Shown here: piece by piece, positions 38,088 to 47,880 of the stretch
How positions within the stretch are numbered: the stretch's first letter is position 1
Layout: each line of letters starts with the position of its first letter
From: a virus
Lineage: Duplodnaviria; Caudoviricetes
Direction: 5' to 3' (one strand)
Length of the DNA: 62,369 bases
Virus record (IMG/VR): IMGVR_UViG_3300033076_000313
Coordinates: 1-62,369 of that record
Translations under genes and position numbers: made by a program
The notes under the pieces: model-generated
What the model was told of the DNA's origin: nothing
Seen by the model: the letters and a program-made list of their open reading frames with translations, nothing else
The model's database searches: none

Positions 38088-38546
38088 TTAAGAACCAGAA
38101 CCGAAAGAGACCTTGGATTTCTTTTCCGAGAAAAGGGGCATCCGCGAATCGCTCTCACGTAAAAAGTTGTGATCCACCGATTCCATCTGGGTCTTGTTCA
38201 TGTTCGCATAGTACGCGGCACGCTGTTCCAAGAACTCTGATGGGATGCGGCAAAGCATCAACCCGCCAACTTCAATGTTGCCTTTAAAGCGACCTTCAGT
38301 AGTGGCATGTAGCATCATCTCAGGATAATCTTCTGCCTTGCAGGGTTCATATCCTTCGCGCAGCTTGGAAGAAATGTTACCGGGGTCTTCAAGTCCGTTT
38401 GTACTCAAACGAATCCAACGATGTGTCCAGCCGGGACGGTTGTCAGGGCTAGGAAGCGTCTCTGGTGGTCTCCATGCTTCTGGGCGGGTGAAGACGGCGC
38501 GAGTATCTGTTTCGCGGGATTTGCGTGTTTGTGTGTTTTCAGACAT
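38088..38546 (-). CDS. conserved head-module protein
   Basis: WRPPETLP..HRWIR..KLREGYE..VGGLMLCRIP. Confidence 0.75.
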   Translation of the reverse strand: MSENTQTRKSRETDTRAVFTRPEAWRPPETLPSPDNRPGWTHRWIRLSTNGLEDPGNISSKLREGYEPCKAEDYPEMMLHATTEGRFKGNIEVGGLMLCRIPSEFLEQRAAYYANMNKTQMESVDHNFLRESDSRMPLFSEKKSKVSFGSGS

Positions 38547-39486
38547 TTTGGGTCCCCAATTTTTTCATTTCAAGTGCATAAGCTTCAGGCGTCAGACCTA
38601 ACTTGCGGGCTAGGCTTACTTGTCGTGGGCTCAGCTTGATCTTTGTTGAAGCTGTGCTACGAACTGCTGGCGCGACTACGGTACGTGGTTTGGAGCGTAC
38701 TGGATCAGCCTTTGAAACGACTTCTTCCTCTTGTGCTTCCTCGAAATTTTCGGGAAAGCGTTTGCGCATCGTCTTGTCCAATGTCGCGTAATACTCGTCA
38801 GAACCAATCTCGACACCTTGGCGTTTGAGTTTTTCGTGTAAACCCAAAGCTGAAGCTGTCATCTCCTCGTCTTTGCCAAACCAGCTGTTGCGTTCTTGCC
38901 ACGCAAGCGCCTTGTTGTCAGGGCGTGGAGCAGACTGAACCTGCTCATGTGGAGTTTGTACCTCAAAACTCTCCTCTTGTAAAGGAGTAGGTTTGAAATT
39001 CTTTGCCTGCATCACGCGCAAGTTTGCTTCTTGCATGCGTTGCTGGGCTTCGATTACCTTGTCGGTGTCACCTTCTTCATAGGCTTTTTTGTAGTCTTGC
39101 TTGGCCATCTCAAGCGACATTTCAGCCGATGTTTTCAGTGTCTCGACATACTCTTTTTCGCCGTGAGACAACATCTGTTTGATGCGCTTATTCTCTTCGG
39201 CAACGCGTTTGGCAAAGGCAATAGCTTCTTGCTGGTCACGAAGTGCGCGCTCTTTCTCGCGGCGCTCGTCGTGATACACCTTCTTCATCTGCTTGAGTTT
39301 TTCTTTAACCTCGCCGCTGTAGGCTTCAAGTTCATCAGCATCTAGCTTTTGAACAATTTCCTTGGGCATAGGTTCTTTGTTGCGATCTTCAGGAGGGGTG
39401 TCGTCCTCAATCTCGATCTCAACTTCAGTTCCTGCATCAAGGTCAATTTCAACCTTGGTGTCTTCTTGATCTTTGTTTGGGTCCAT
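38539..39486 (-). CDS. capsid scaffolding protein
   Basis: Acidic coiled coil; WQERNSWFG; C-terminal KLSPRQVSLARKLGLTPEAYA. Confidence 0.75.
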   Translation of the reverse strand: MDPNKDQEDTKVEIDLDAGTEVEIEIEDDTPPEDRNKEPMPKEIVQKLDADELEAYSGEVKEKLKQMKKVYHDERREKERALRDQQEAIAFAKRVAEENKRIKQMLSHGEKEYVETLKTSAEMSLEMAKQDYKKAYEEGDTDKVIEAQQRMQEANLRVMQAKNFKPTPLQEESFEVQTPHEQVQSAPRPDNKALAWQERNSWFGKDEEMTASALGLHEKLKRQGVEIGSDEYYATLDKTMRKRFPENFEEAQEEEVVSKADPVRSKPRTVVAPAVRSTASTKIKLSPRQVSLARKLGLTPEAYALEMKKLGTQNV

Positions 39487-39498
39487 GCTGATCTCCTT

Positions 39499-39912
39499 TT
39501 AACCTGCTCGTGTAATACCGCGTGGGTCTTGAACGACAGCTTCAACCGAGTCATCGTTGATGATGCGGAATTCGCGGCCGTGAATCTTCAGACGGGTGCC
39601 TGAATTTGGTCGAACGATGACGAAGTCACCTTCTTTACAACGAGGTCCACTGGGGAAACGTGCTGGGTCTTTGTAGGCATCTGGCCCAAGTTTGACGACA
39701 AACAACACTGGTGTGAGCATTTCCTCTCGCCAAATGTCGCCTGCTGACTTAACAATACCGATGTCGCTGTCCGCATACTCTTGCATCGCTTCTGGCACGA
39801 CTGTAAGCAGCATGTAACCCTGCGGGTCTGGTAGTTGTTTTGCTTTTTCGTCCTTATCCTTGTTGAGAATGCCGGACAGGTCAACCGCTTGAAGGTTGAA
39901 TTGATTAGTCAT
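39499..39912 (-). CDS. GroES-like co-chaperonin
   Basis: VVKLGPDAYKD..CKEGDFVI..GREFRIINDDSVEAVV. Confidence 0.8.
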   Translation of the reverse strand: MTNQFNLQAVDLSGILNKDKDEKAKQLPDPQGYMLLTVVPEAMQEYADSDIGIVKSAGDIWREEMLTPVLFVVKLGPDAYKDPARFPSGPRCKEGDFVIVRPNSGTRLKIHGREFRIINDDSVEAVVQDPRGITRAG

Positions 39913-40093
39913 CTGAGTTTTCCATGTTTTGCATGAGGTCTTTTATCAAATCCCTTGCTTCAAGTAGACCTTGAATCTTGCCGCAAGTTCCTTTGTACTC
40001 TTCAAAACTGGCGGCCCGGCCTAAGCTGAGCCCGTCTCGAAGGTACGAAGCCTTTTCTTCTAGTTGGTGAACTAGATGTTCGAAAGCTGTCAT
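39905..40093 (-). CDS. hypothetical protein
   Basis: Conserved small gene after the portal (EYKGTCGKIQGL). Confidence 0.7.
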   Translation of the reverse strand: MTAFEHLVHQLEEKASYLRDGLSLGRAASFEEYKGTCGKIQGLLEARDLIKDLMQNMENSDD

Positions 40094-42582
40094 TCAACAC
40101 CTTTTGTCGGTTGTTTCATAAGGTTTTGCACAAACTCAGAGCGGTGCTTTGCAGCTTCCGATCCGATACGTGCGCCTTCCATGCGCTCTTTTGCAGCGAT
40201 AGAGGCTTTGTCGTTCTCCACTTTAGCACCGATTTGTGCACCGGCGATGCGCTCTTGAGATGCAATGCGCTCGCGTTCGATGTCCAACTGGTCTGCCTTT
40301 GCGGCTGCTTCGATCTTTTGTTTCTCTTGCTTGAGCTGAAGTTCTTGAGCCTTGAGCTGCAACTCTTGCTGTTGCATTTGAACAATAGGGTCTTGGGCTT
40401 GTTGCTGAGCTTGTTGCTGAGCGACTTGAGCTTGGTTTGTTTGCAACAGCTGTTGAGCGGCTTGGGCCAACAATGGAGACAGACGCGCTTCCACTTCTGG
40501 GTCCATGTGGTTCTCTTCGCCAGACTCGTCGTACTGAGCAGGCAAAGACATGCCCAACTGTTTTTCCATTTGCTTGCGGTATTCAAAGCCCAAGTGCTCA
40601 TTGATGTGAGCCATGGCCGCTGCTTGAATCTGCTTGGCATTTGGGTTGTTCTGCAACAACTGAGCAATGTGTGGATCTTGCATGGCGGCCATGTGCACAG
40701 TGATATGCGCTTGGTGGTCTTGATACAAGAATGCCTTTACCGGCTTGCCCATCAGGATGTTTTGGTTCTCGCTGATTGGATCGGTTGGCTTTTGGTCCTC
40801 TTCCATTGGGATGAGCTTGTTGGCGTTTTTGATGCCAAGCACATCCAACATTTGACGATGCAGCAACGGCATGTTGTACATCTGAGGAGCGGACTGGGCC
40901 AGTTGCAACACGGCTTGGTACTGAACGATCTTCTGGGCCATGGTGGCCGCATTTGGATCGCTGACAGGGATCACGTCCACGTTGTCATAGTCTGACTTCT
41001 TGGCGCGACGGCTGCCTTCTGTGGGGTCGTAGTCGTAATCTTCAGGCGTGTAGTCGGCAATGATGACCTTCAACAGCTTGAGTTCTTGCTTCATCGAATA
41101 GTGGATGCGCGCCTGCACAGCAGACATCACTTTCAATGTGCGCTCAAGGATGGCCAGTGTCGTACCAACTGGGCTGTTTGCAGACATGTCGCTGATCTGC
41201 ATGTCAGCAACGTTTGCAAAGCGGCGGCCGTCTTCAACGATCTGGTTCAGCAGGGCCAACAGCGTTTGGCTTGGCTCCTTGTATGGCAAGGTCATCAAGT
41301 TGTCTTTGATGGTGCCGCTTGGAACGTCAACGTCACGGAACTCGCCGGGAGCGATTGGCGTGTCGTCGCCTTTAACGCGCATGCCACGGGCTTTGAAGCC
41401 ACCGGGTAAGTTACTCAGCGTGCCAGCATCCACCAATTGACGGATAAGCGATGTGCCAGACTTGGCAAACGCACCAACCAAATGGATCAAGCCGAAGCAG
41501 TAGAAGCCAAAGCCGGGGATGTAGCCGTAGTGCACAAAGTGCTGGCGCTTTTGATATGTCTCGTCGTCTGGTTCCCAGTTGCGACGGATGGCCAAAACCT
41601 TTTGGCTTTGCTTGTCAACGGTAACGATGTAAGGAATGGCAATGCCTGTTGGCTCGCCGTTTTCGTCCTTGTGTTCGTAGCCCTTGAGGTCAAGGTCAAC
41701 GCAGATTTCCAAAATCTTGAAGCGGTCATCCGTTGTTGCACGGAAGCCCATTTTCTCGGCAATTTTCTTTTCGACTTCGTCCAGCGCGCCGTCTGGCTCA
41801 CCCAGATCAACGTCACGCCAGAACCCGGCCACTTGCAATTGACGAACTTGGTTCTCTGTCTTGCGCATCACATGGGTGATACGTGGTGACGACTCCAAGT
41901 CTGAGGCGCCATAGGGCACAACCAAGTCTTCTGCGGGCACAAAGATAGACGTTTGACGGTCCATCTGTGGGTCAAAGTAGACTTTCTTGAAAGCGTTACC
42001 AGACAAGCCCAAGCCCCACAACATGCGCTCATGCTCAGGACGGTACTCAGTCATCACGTCTGTGAGCTGATAGTTCATGTCCTCTTGCACGCGCAAAGCG
42101 GCAGCTTTTTTCTCTGGCGTTTCTTTACCGATGATCTGCGTTTTGACTGGTCCGGCCGCAGGAAATGTAGCCTGCATTGTCTCAGCTTGGAACTTGACCA
42201 AAGCCTCAGACATCAATGGGTGATACACGCCGCACGCGCCTTCCCATGGCTCAGATCGCTCTTCGATCTTCATGCCCAACAGCTCAAGGCCGTCAACGTA
42301 TGTTTGCAACCAGTCTTTGCGGGATGCAACGTCTTCTTCATAGTCGGCAATCAAGTCTGACGCCAGTTGTGTCAGCTCTTTCTCGTCGATGTATTCGGCA
42401 AGGTTTGCGTCAAAGTCTTCGGCAGTTTCTTGTGCTGGTTCGAGTTCAATCTCAAGACCGTCCATGGCGATGCGCACGGCTTCTGGGTCTTCAATTTCAA
42501 TTTCGATACCGGGTGTTGCGGAGGCTGCCGCCAACTGTTCTAGGCCCTGTGGAGCTTCGTACAAACCTTTGTCCATTGCCAT
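40090..42582 (-). CDS. portal protein
   Basis: Follows terL; SRKDW..PWEGACGVYHP..FKKVYFD..GFYCFGLIH..QLVDAGTLSNLPGGFK; Q-rich C-terminal barrel as in P22-type portals. Confidence 0.9.
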   Translation of the reverse strand: MAMDKGLYEAPQGLEQLAAASATPGIEIEIEDPEAVRIAMDGLEIELEPAQETAEDFDANLAEYIDEKELTQLASDLIADYEEDVASRKDWLQTYVDGLELLGMKIEERSEPWEGACGVYHPLMSEALVKFQAETMQATFPAAGPVKTQIIGKETPEKKAAALRVQEDMNYQLTDVMTEYRPEHERMLWGLGLSGNAFKKVYFDPQMDRQTSIFVPAEDLVVPYGASDLESSPRITHVMRKTENQVRQLQVAGFWRDVDLGEPDGALDEVEKKIAEKMGFRATTDDRFKILEICVDLDLKGYEHKDENGEPTGIAIPYIVTVDKQSQKVLAIRRNWEPDDETYQKRQHFVHYGYIPGFGFYCFGLIHLVGAFAKSGTSLIRQLVDAGTLSNLPGGFKARGMRVKGDDTPIAPGEFRDVDVPSGTIKDNLMTLPYKEPSQTLLALLNQIVEDGRRFANVADMQISDMSANSPVGTTLAILERTLKVMSAVQARIHYSMKQELKLLKVIIADYTPEDYDYDPTEGSRRAKKSDYDNVDVIPVSDPNAATMAQKIVQYQAVLQLAQSAPQMYNMPLLHRQMLDVLGIKNANKLIPMEEDQKPTDPISENQNILMGKPVKAFLYQDHQAHITVHMAAMQDPHIAQLLQNNPNAKQIQAAAMAHINEHLGFEYRKQMEKQLGMSLPAQYDESGEENHMDPEVEARLSPLLAQAAQQLLQTNQAQVAQQQAQQQAQDPIVQMQQQELQLKAQELQLKQEKQKIEAAAKADQLDIERERIASQERIAGAQIGAKVENDKASIAAKERMEGARIGSEAAKHRSEFVQNLMKQPTKGVE

Positions 42583-42593
42583 ATTTTTTCCTA

Positions 42594-44141
42594 TCAATAG
42601 TAGGCACGAGCACGTCGGAAGCTCGTGAGATCGTCGCGTTCGTCAGATTCTAGTCTTAAAAAACCGCCCTGTCTAAACCTTGTTACAGCCATCACGGCCG
42701 TATCCACCAAGTCATCGTGGGCTGCGTTTGGAAAAGCTGCCATCTGCTCGATCATTTCCTGTGCCCAGCGAGTCTCTGGCGCCCACACTTTGCCGGCCTG
42801 AAAAATTGGCGCGATCACGTTCAAACGGGCGATCTTGTCGTTTGATTGACCAGCCTTTCCGCGAGTTGGTGTGTAGCCACGGATGAACATTCCACCCTGT
42901 TTATTTAGTTCTTGGATCAGTGGTGCGCCAGACGCCTTGGCTTCAATGATGCAGTCGTCAGGCTGGTACTCTTCATAATGTGATCGAACTTTCTCCTTTA
43001 ACTCTGGGAATTCCATACGTTTTTGGAACGCATCAAGCAGGATGATGTTGGGTTCGTTCTTGTCATCATTCAAATAGAACACACCCCACGTCGAACAGGC
43101 CGAAAAGTCAGACCGTTCGTTCTTGGTGAACGCCGTGTCCCACGCTTGGATGATGAAATCACATGGAGGCGGCTCGTCTTTCTTCCACACTTGCCACCAG
43201 TCACGCTTCACAATCGCGCCTTCTTCACCAGTTGGGGCCTGTTGGTACTGGGCATTCCACTTTGACGGTGGCAATTCCTCACGCAGCGCCATCAAGAGGT
43301 CCAAAGACCAGAACTCTGGCCACAATGGGTTGCCAGATGGCATGATTGCCGGCAACTCCACCACGTCCCACTCGTCTTCTTTGCCCCGTTCAGCCGCATC
43401 TTTCAAGGCTCGGCCAATCAAGTCACGTTCCGACCAACGGGTTGCGATGATAATGATCGCGCCGCCCGGTTGTAGACGTTGTCGAGGGCCAGATGTGTAC
43501 CATTCGTAAGACCTGTCGTACACAGATGGGTCGTGAGCCGCCAAAGCAGCCTCTTGTTCGGTGTGCGGGTCGTCAATAATCACGATGTCAGCGCCACGGC
43601 CGGTCATCGTACCGCCCACACCAATCGCAAAATACTCTCCATTGTGGTTTGTAGACCATCGGCCCGCAGCTTTCGAGTCTTGACGCAGCGCAACGTCAGG
43701 AAACACCTCGGCATACTGCTCAGACATCACCAAGTTACGCACTTTTCGACCAAAACCCACAGCCAGTTCGCCGGTGTTTGACGCTTGCATTACTTTTTTG
43801 TTGGGAAATTTCCCCAAAAACCACGACGGAAAGAGGTACGACCCAAATTCCGATTTCGTATGACGAGGTGGGAGTGATATAGCTAAACGTTTGATTTTGC
43901 CGGCAGCCACGTCTTCAAACTTTTTGGCCAGCAACGCATGGTGACGGCCATGGATGAAGCCCGGCCACATCTTGTGCACATACGCCATAAAGCTTTCTTG
44001 GCATTTCTCACGCTCCAGCGCCTTGCGATAGTTCTCCACATCGGCCAAAAGCTGTTCTTGTTCGCTAGGAGCCATGGTCGCCAGCAACTTATCGAGCTCG
44101 GACAACTCATGCGGAGCCGAAATTTTTTTATTTTTGGTCAT
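42594..44141 (-). CDS. terL: terminase large subunit
   Basis: Walker A-like PPRHTKS, Walker B IIIDDP, ATRW coupling motif, AQYQQAP, WDTA, IEAKASG, HDDLVD. Start taken at MTKNKK. Confidence 0.93.
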   Translation of the reverse strand: MTKNKKISAPHELSELDKLLATMAPSEQEQLLADVENYRKALEREKCQESFMAYVHKMWPGFIHGRHHALLAKKFEDVAAGKIKRLAISLPPRHTKSEFGSYLFPSWFLGKFPNKKVMQASNTGELAVGFGRKVRNLVMSEQYAEVFPDVALRQDSKAAGRWSTNHNGEYFAIGVGGTMTGRGADIVIIDDPHTEQEAALAAHDPSVYDRSYEWYTSGPRQRLQPGGAIIIIATRWSERDLIGRALKDAAERGKEDEWDVVELPAIMPSGNPLWPEFWSLDLLMALREELPPSKWNAQYQQAPTGEEGAIVKRDWWQVWKKDEPPPCDFIIQAWDTAFTKNERSDFSACSTWGVFYLNDDKNEPNIILLDAFQKRMEFPELKEKVRSHYEEYQPDDCIIEAKASGAPLIQELNKQGGMFIRGYTPTRGKAGQSNDKIARLNVIAPIFQAGKVWAPETRWAQEMIEQMAAFPNAAHDDLVDTAVMAVTRFRQGGFLRLESDERDDLTSFRRARAYY

Positions 44142-44331
44142 TTCTGGTGTTCCACTGGTCGATTGCAGCTTGATGCCATTCCCCGTTATCTGGATACTCA
44201 CGACGAGTTTCTCCGGCGGAAGCTCCACAGCTGTTGCACGAGGCTACTCCCCACCTGTATGTACTTCCATCGTCAAAGGATAGCCCGGCGGACTTGCCAC
44301 AAAATGGACATGGCTTGATTTCTTGGGTCAT
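44128..44331 (-). CDS. Lar-family restriction-alleviation-like Zn finger protein
   Basis: IKPCPFCG...CNSCGA...AIDQWNTR. Confidence 0.75.
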   Translation of the reverse strand: MTQEIKPCPFCGKSAGLSFDDGSTYRWGVASCNSCGASAGETRREYPDNGEWHQAAIDQWNTRNDQK

Positions 44332-44516
44332 TTCCCGCAAGGCCCTATTGCCATAGCAAAGCAAGCATCATCTTTGGATAGCCCCGCGATAAATTGAAGC
44401 TCGTTCAACTCATCAAAGGTATACGGCCGGCCATACGTCCCATCTTCGTTTCTTTTGAAACGCATGATGAATTCGCCAATTACGAGATCGTAAATTTCTG
44501 GCTGTTCCATAGTCAC
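44328..44516 (-). CDS. hypothetical protein
   Basis: Overlaps both neighbours. Confidence 0.55.
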   Translation of the reverse strand: MTMEQPEIYDLVIGEFIMRFKRNEDGTYGRPYTFDELNELQFIAGLSKDDACFAMAIGPCGK

Positions 44517-44812
44517 TCCAGATTTCTAAAGTTGATGTACACCGGCCGAACTGTCCTGCCGCGCTTATCTATCTTCTTGAACACACCCAAATCCACGAGC
44601 CGATCTACCAATCTCATGGTGTTACCCAATCCCATCTTCCCACGCTGGTTCGCAATATCACGAAGACTTGGACTAAAACCAAACTTCTTCCACCACTCAT
44701 CAACAATCAAAAACACCTCTCTCTGCGCCGGCGTCATTTCCATCTCCATGCACTGCTGTTCACTCAAATCCCGCTTCTTGGCCGTCATCTTCCTGTTCAT
44801 CAAAATCTTCAT
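44513..44812 (-). CDS. LexA-type winged-HTH DNA-binding protein (no peptidase domain)
   Basis: MTPAQREVFLIVDEWWKKFGFSPSLRDIA...VDRLVDLGV resembles the LexA N-terminal domain (LT.RQ..GMPPT.AEIA). Confidence 0.7.
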   Translation of the reverse strand: MKILMNRKMTAKKRDLSEQQCMEMEMTPAQREVFLIVDEWWKKFGFSPSLRDIANQRGKMGLGNTMRLVDRLVDLGVFKKIDKRGRTVRPVYINFRNLE

Positions 44813-44840
44813 ACGCTATCTCGATTTTTTTTGGCCACAT

Positions 44841-45644
44841 TTACTCATTCGAACCCGAACCGTTCTGGTTCTCCCCCTCTATTGGTTTGTATTTTTTATG
44901 TTGGGGTACCCCTTTTTTCTTAGAAACATTGACGGGGGGTGTTTCTGGATCAGCATCTACTGAAGGTGGCGCTGGATTTGATGGGGGTAGGGGGGTCGAT
45001 TCTTGGGGTGGTTGTTCGTGTGGAATAGTATGTATGTTAGTAAGGGACTCCAAAGGCCCATTAGGGGTGGTGGGGGTCGCGGCTGGGGCTCGCAGCTCAT
45101 CGACAAGGGATAGGGCCTCGATTTCGGTTGCGTTCACGTCTTGGGCTTCGGCTTTCATCATGTCGCGTAGTTGCTGCATGACTCGCGCGCGTGCTGCCTC
45201 GCTTGACGTGATTGTCGTTACCTCTTTCCGCTCAGTGAATGCAGCCACCTCGGTGACCGTGCCCAATACCTTGGCAGCTTGCACCACTTGCGAATGATTA
45301 GCTTCAGGGTCAATGATTACCGAAACAAGGGATTCGATAACTAAAGCACGCAAAGCCGCTGGGGTTTGGTATTTCTGAGCCTCTAGGGCCTTGGAATAAG
45401 CGTCAGCGACTTGGGTTATGTCAGGGCGCTTCCTCAGCTTGCTGGCTTCTATCGCTTGGGTCTTGGGTTTGCCCTTGCTGTTATATGCTTTGCGGTAGGC
45501 TTCCGCGCCCTTGTCGCCCTTTGCTAGATTTAGGGCAAATGCTTTCTGTTTGGGCGTGAGCTCAGCGTTAACAGCTGGCCCCATGATGTCAATGAATGGG
45601 GTTTGTTCTAGTCCTTGCTGGATTTGTTTTCGGGTTAGTTTCAT
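44841..45644 (-). CDS. terS: terminase small subunit
   Basis: LTPKQKAFALNLAKG..AEAYRKAY HTH; upstream of terL; start MKLTRKQ. Confidence 0.75.
   Translation of the reverse strand: MKLTRKQIQQGLEQTPFIDIMGPAVNAELTPKQKAFALNLAKGDKGAEAYRKAYNSKGKPKTQAIEASKLRKRPDITQVADAYSKALEAQKYQTPAALRALVIESLVSVIIDPEANHSQVVQAAKVLGTVTEVAAFTERKEVTTITSSEAARARVMQQLRDMMKAEAQDVNATEIEALSLVDELRAPAATPTTPNGPLESLTNIHTIPHEQPPQESTPLPPSNPAPPSVDADPETPPVNVSKKKGVPQHKKYKPIEGENQNGSGSNE
44851..44871. repeat. 21-bp palindrome variant GAACCCGAAC-C-GTTCTGGTTC, copy 3
   Basis: One mismatch; at the 3' end of terS, 39 bp upstream of the LexA-like gene. Confidence 0.8.
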
Positions 45645-45651
45645 GGGCGCG

Positions 45652-45680
45652 ATTATAGGAACAAAAGAAAAAAAGCACAA
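45652..45680 (-). promoter_or_regulatory. sigma70-type promoter for terS (probably leaderless)
   Basis: TTGTGC-N17-TATAAT-N7-ATG; no Shine-Dalgarno sequence. Confidence 0.65.
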
Positions 45681-46115
45681 AAGTAGAAACAAGACAAGGG
45701 AAGCAGGGCAAAAGGGGTAATGGTCTCTTATGTCTTCCCCTATAGGATCAGCACATAAACCGTTCGCTTCGCTTGGCCCGCGATTAACTCAGAACAAGCC
45801 GCCGCGATATACACCACCGCACACCAACACCACGCCGCGCACTGGCAGCAGGGAAACAAGACAAGGGACAAGCCGACACCGTGGATAGTGTCAGCCCCTA
45901 CAGTAAGAGCACACCTTGCACCGTTACCCGCCGCGACCGCGCACCGTACCCCCTGGCCGTAAGCTTAGCGTCAGCTTCTACCGTTGCACCGATAGCCAGC
46001 GACTATCAACACCGCGCACCACATAGAAAAATACAACCAAAAAAGTTGTTTTTGTAAGTATCGCGTCAGTTTACGTGCACATACTTGCACGCAATTAAAC
46101 AAAGGAGCTCACACC

Positions 46116-46346
46116 ATGAACACCGCCCGCAAAATCTATCGCATCACCCGCGCAGCAATCATGCGCGAATTGTCCCGCCGCTGGGGTTTTCAGACTATCG
46201 GCACGGGCGCATTTTTACGCATGGAAAGCGCCACACACTACACCATGACCAGAGCCGAGGCCCAGCAGTGGGCCAGCTGCTACCCCTCAGCCGTAATCGT
46301 CAGCCGTGGCGAGATTGTCGCCAGCTTCGCACCGTTCACCGAATAA
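46116..46346 (+). CDS. hypothetical early protein
   Basis: AGGAGC-N7-ATG. Confidence 0.7.
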   Translation: MNTARKIYRITRAAIMRELSRRWGFQTIGTGAFLRMESATHYTMTRAEAQQWASCYPSAVIVSRGEIVASFAPFTE

Positions 46347-46360
46347 CAGGAGCCGCAACC

Positions 46361-47071
46361 ATGAACACCAGCACCGCACACAACGCCGCCACCCACCGCG
46401 CCAAGTTGGACGAACTCAAAGCCAAACACGCCGCCGAAATCGACAAGGCAAACCGAGAGCTAGAATTTTGGGAAGGCTTGCAGGACATGCCCAACTTGTC
46501 GCCGTGGCTTTTTTATGGCTCACTGTATGGCGTGCAGCACGTATCAGCAACACTGCCAGAGACGGGCAAGGGCTACAAACAAACAGACCCCGCAGCCGTG
46601 CCCGCCTTGCTTGACTGGATAGAAGCCCACGCGCTACCCGTGCACAAGTGGCACAAAGGGCCCCGCCAGTACGTATACAACGGGCCAGCACTGCCAGCGA
46701 CTGCCGACTATCAGGGAAGCACCAGCGAGAACGAAGGCAAAGCGCCCGCAAAATTCCGCATTGACTACAGCACCATCATGCGCCGCGCCGTGCTGGGTTT
46801 TTACATCACCCACCAGACCAGCGGGCAAGTGGTGCGCGTATCCGTGGAACTGCCCACCGTGCCGCAGCACTGCCAGCCCGTAGGCATCCCAAGCCATTAC
46901 GACCGCGACAAGCTGGAAGGCTACAAAAAAGCACCAGCACGAACGAAAGACGGACGCGAAGCCGTGACCGCGCAAACATTACGCCACAGCGTAGACCGCC
47001 AAAGCGCCGACACCGAGACGCTCTACACCGCCGAGCAAATCCGCGAAGCCTTGAACATCACCACCAACTAA
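46361..47071 (+). CDS. hypothetical early protein
   Basis: AGGAGC-N7-ATG; start MNTSTAH. Confidence 0.75.
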   Translation: MNTSTAHNAATHRAKLDELKAKHAAEIDKANRELEFWEGLQDMPNLSPWLFYGSLYGVQHVSATLPETGKGYKQTDPAAVPALLDWIEAHALPVHKWHKGPRQYVYNGPALPATADYQGSTSENEGKAPAKFRIDYSTIMRRAVLGFYITHQTSGQVVRVSVELPTVPQHCQPVGIPSHYDRDKLEGYKKAPARTKDGREAVTAQTLRHSVDRQSADTETLYTAEQIREALNITTN

Positions 47072-47083
47072 GGAGCCCAAACC

Positions 47084-47440
47084 ATGAACGCAAACACAGA
47101 CCGCCCCGCCATTCTCGACGCATTGAACGCCAACGGATACACCGAAGCCGCGCAAGCCGCAGACCTTGCCGCCACCGTGGACGCACTCGCAGACACTAAA
47201 GCCAAAATTGCAGCACTACAGGCCCGCGAGGATGAACTAAAAGCCGTTATTGCAGCCGCAGGGCTTGACGTTATAGAAGGCAGCACCCACCGCGCAGCCG
47301 TAAGCATCACGGCCCGCACCGCGATTGACTGGAAGGCCATAGCCGAGCACCTCAAACCGAGCCGCCAACTAATCACCGCCCACACAACCACGGGCACCCC
47401 TCATGCCGTGGTGAGAATCAGCGCCAAAAAGACTAGCTAA
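47084..47440 (+). CDS. hypothetical early protein (coiled coil, IDWKAIA)
   Basis: AGGAGC-N7-ATG. Confidence 0.75.
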   Translation: MNANTDRPAILDALNANGYTEAAQAADLAATVDALADTKAKIAALQAREDELKAVIAAAGLDVIEGSTHRAAVSITARTAIDWKAIAEHLKPSRQLITAHTTTGTPHAVVRISAKKTS

Positions 47441-47452
47441 GGAGCCGCCACC

Positions 47453-47599
47453 ATGAAAAAAGCCGCCGCATTCATTTTGGGAATTTTTCAATTTCGTTCA
47501 AACATTACCGCGCATTTTGACGACCTAGCGCAGTCCGAAGCCTACGACCACGGGCGAGAGCTGGCCCACCGCCTAACAATGCGCCATTTTGAACAATAA
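47453..47599 (+). CDS. small hypothetical protein (48 aa)
   Basis: AGGAGC-N7-ATG; MKKAAAFILG...AYDHGRELAHRLTMRHFEQ*. Confidence 0.65.
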   Translation: MKKAAAFILGIFQFRSNITAHFDDLAQSEAYDHGRELAHRLTMRHFEQ

Positions 47600-47613
47600 C
47601 AGGAGCCGCCATC

Positions 47614-47868
47614 ATGCAAGCATTAAGCGACAACTACCACGCCGCCGCACTGGCCCGCCACCAAGCAGAGATAGACGCACAGGACGAACGCGACAGCGAA
47701 GAGCCGACAACGTGCCAGAACTCCGAAGCGGGCAATTATGGCCACGAATGCGGTGACCCCGCAGAATGGAGAGGCCAAGACGTGGACGGATATACCGCCG
47801 ACTTTTGCGACTTTTGCAAAAAGTACGGGCACGAGGCCCGCTTATTTTCACGCTGGACAAAACTGTAA
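47614..47868 (+). CDS. hypothetical Cys-containing protein
   Basis: AGGAGC-N7-ATG; C..C..CxxC. Confidence 0.7.
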   Translation: MQALSDNYHAAALARHQAEIDAQDERDSEEPTTCQNSEAGNYGHECGDPAEWRGQDVDGYTADFCDFCKKYGHEARLFSRWTKL

Positions 47869-47880
47869 GGAGCCCACGCC

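Noticed and set aside
38092-38103. Half-copy of the palindrome (GAACCAGAACCG)
   Set aside because: Only one arm is present, and it is explained by the GSGS codons at the gene end.
5123-44318. Numerous long + strand ORFs opposite the structural genes (e.g. 11701-13098, 36479-37435, 40111-40995)
   Set aside because: Antisense shadows of codon-biased genes; no RBS or recognisable motifs.
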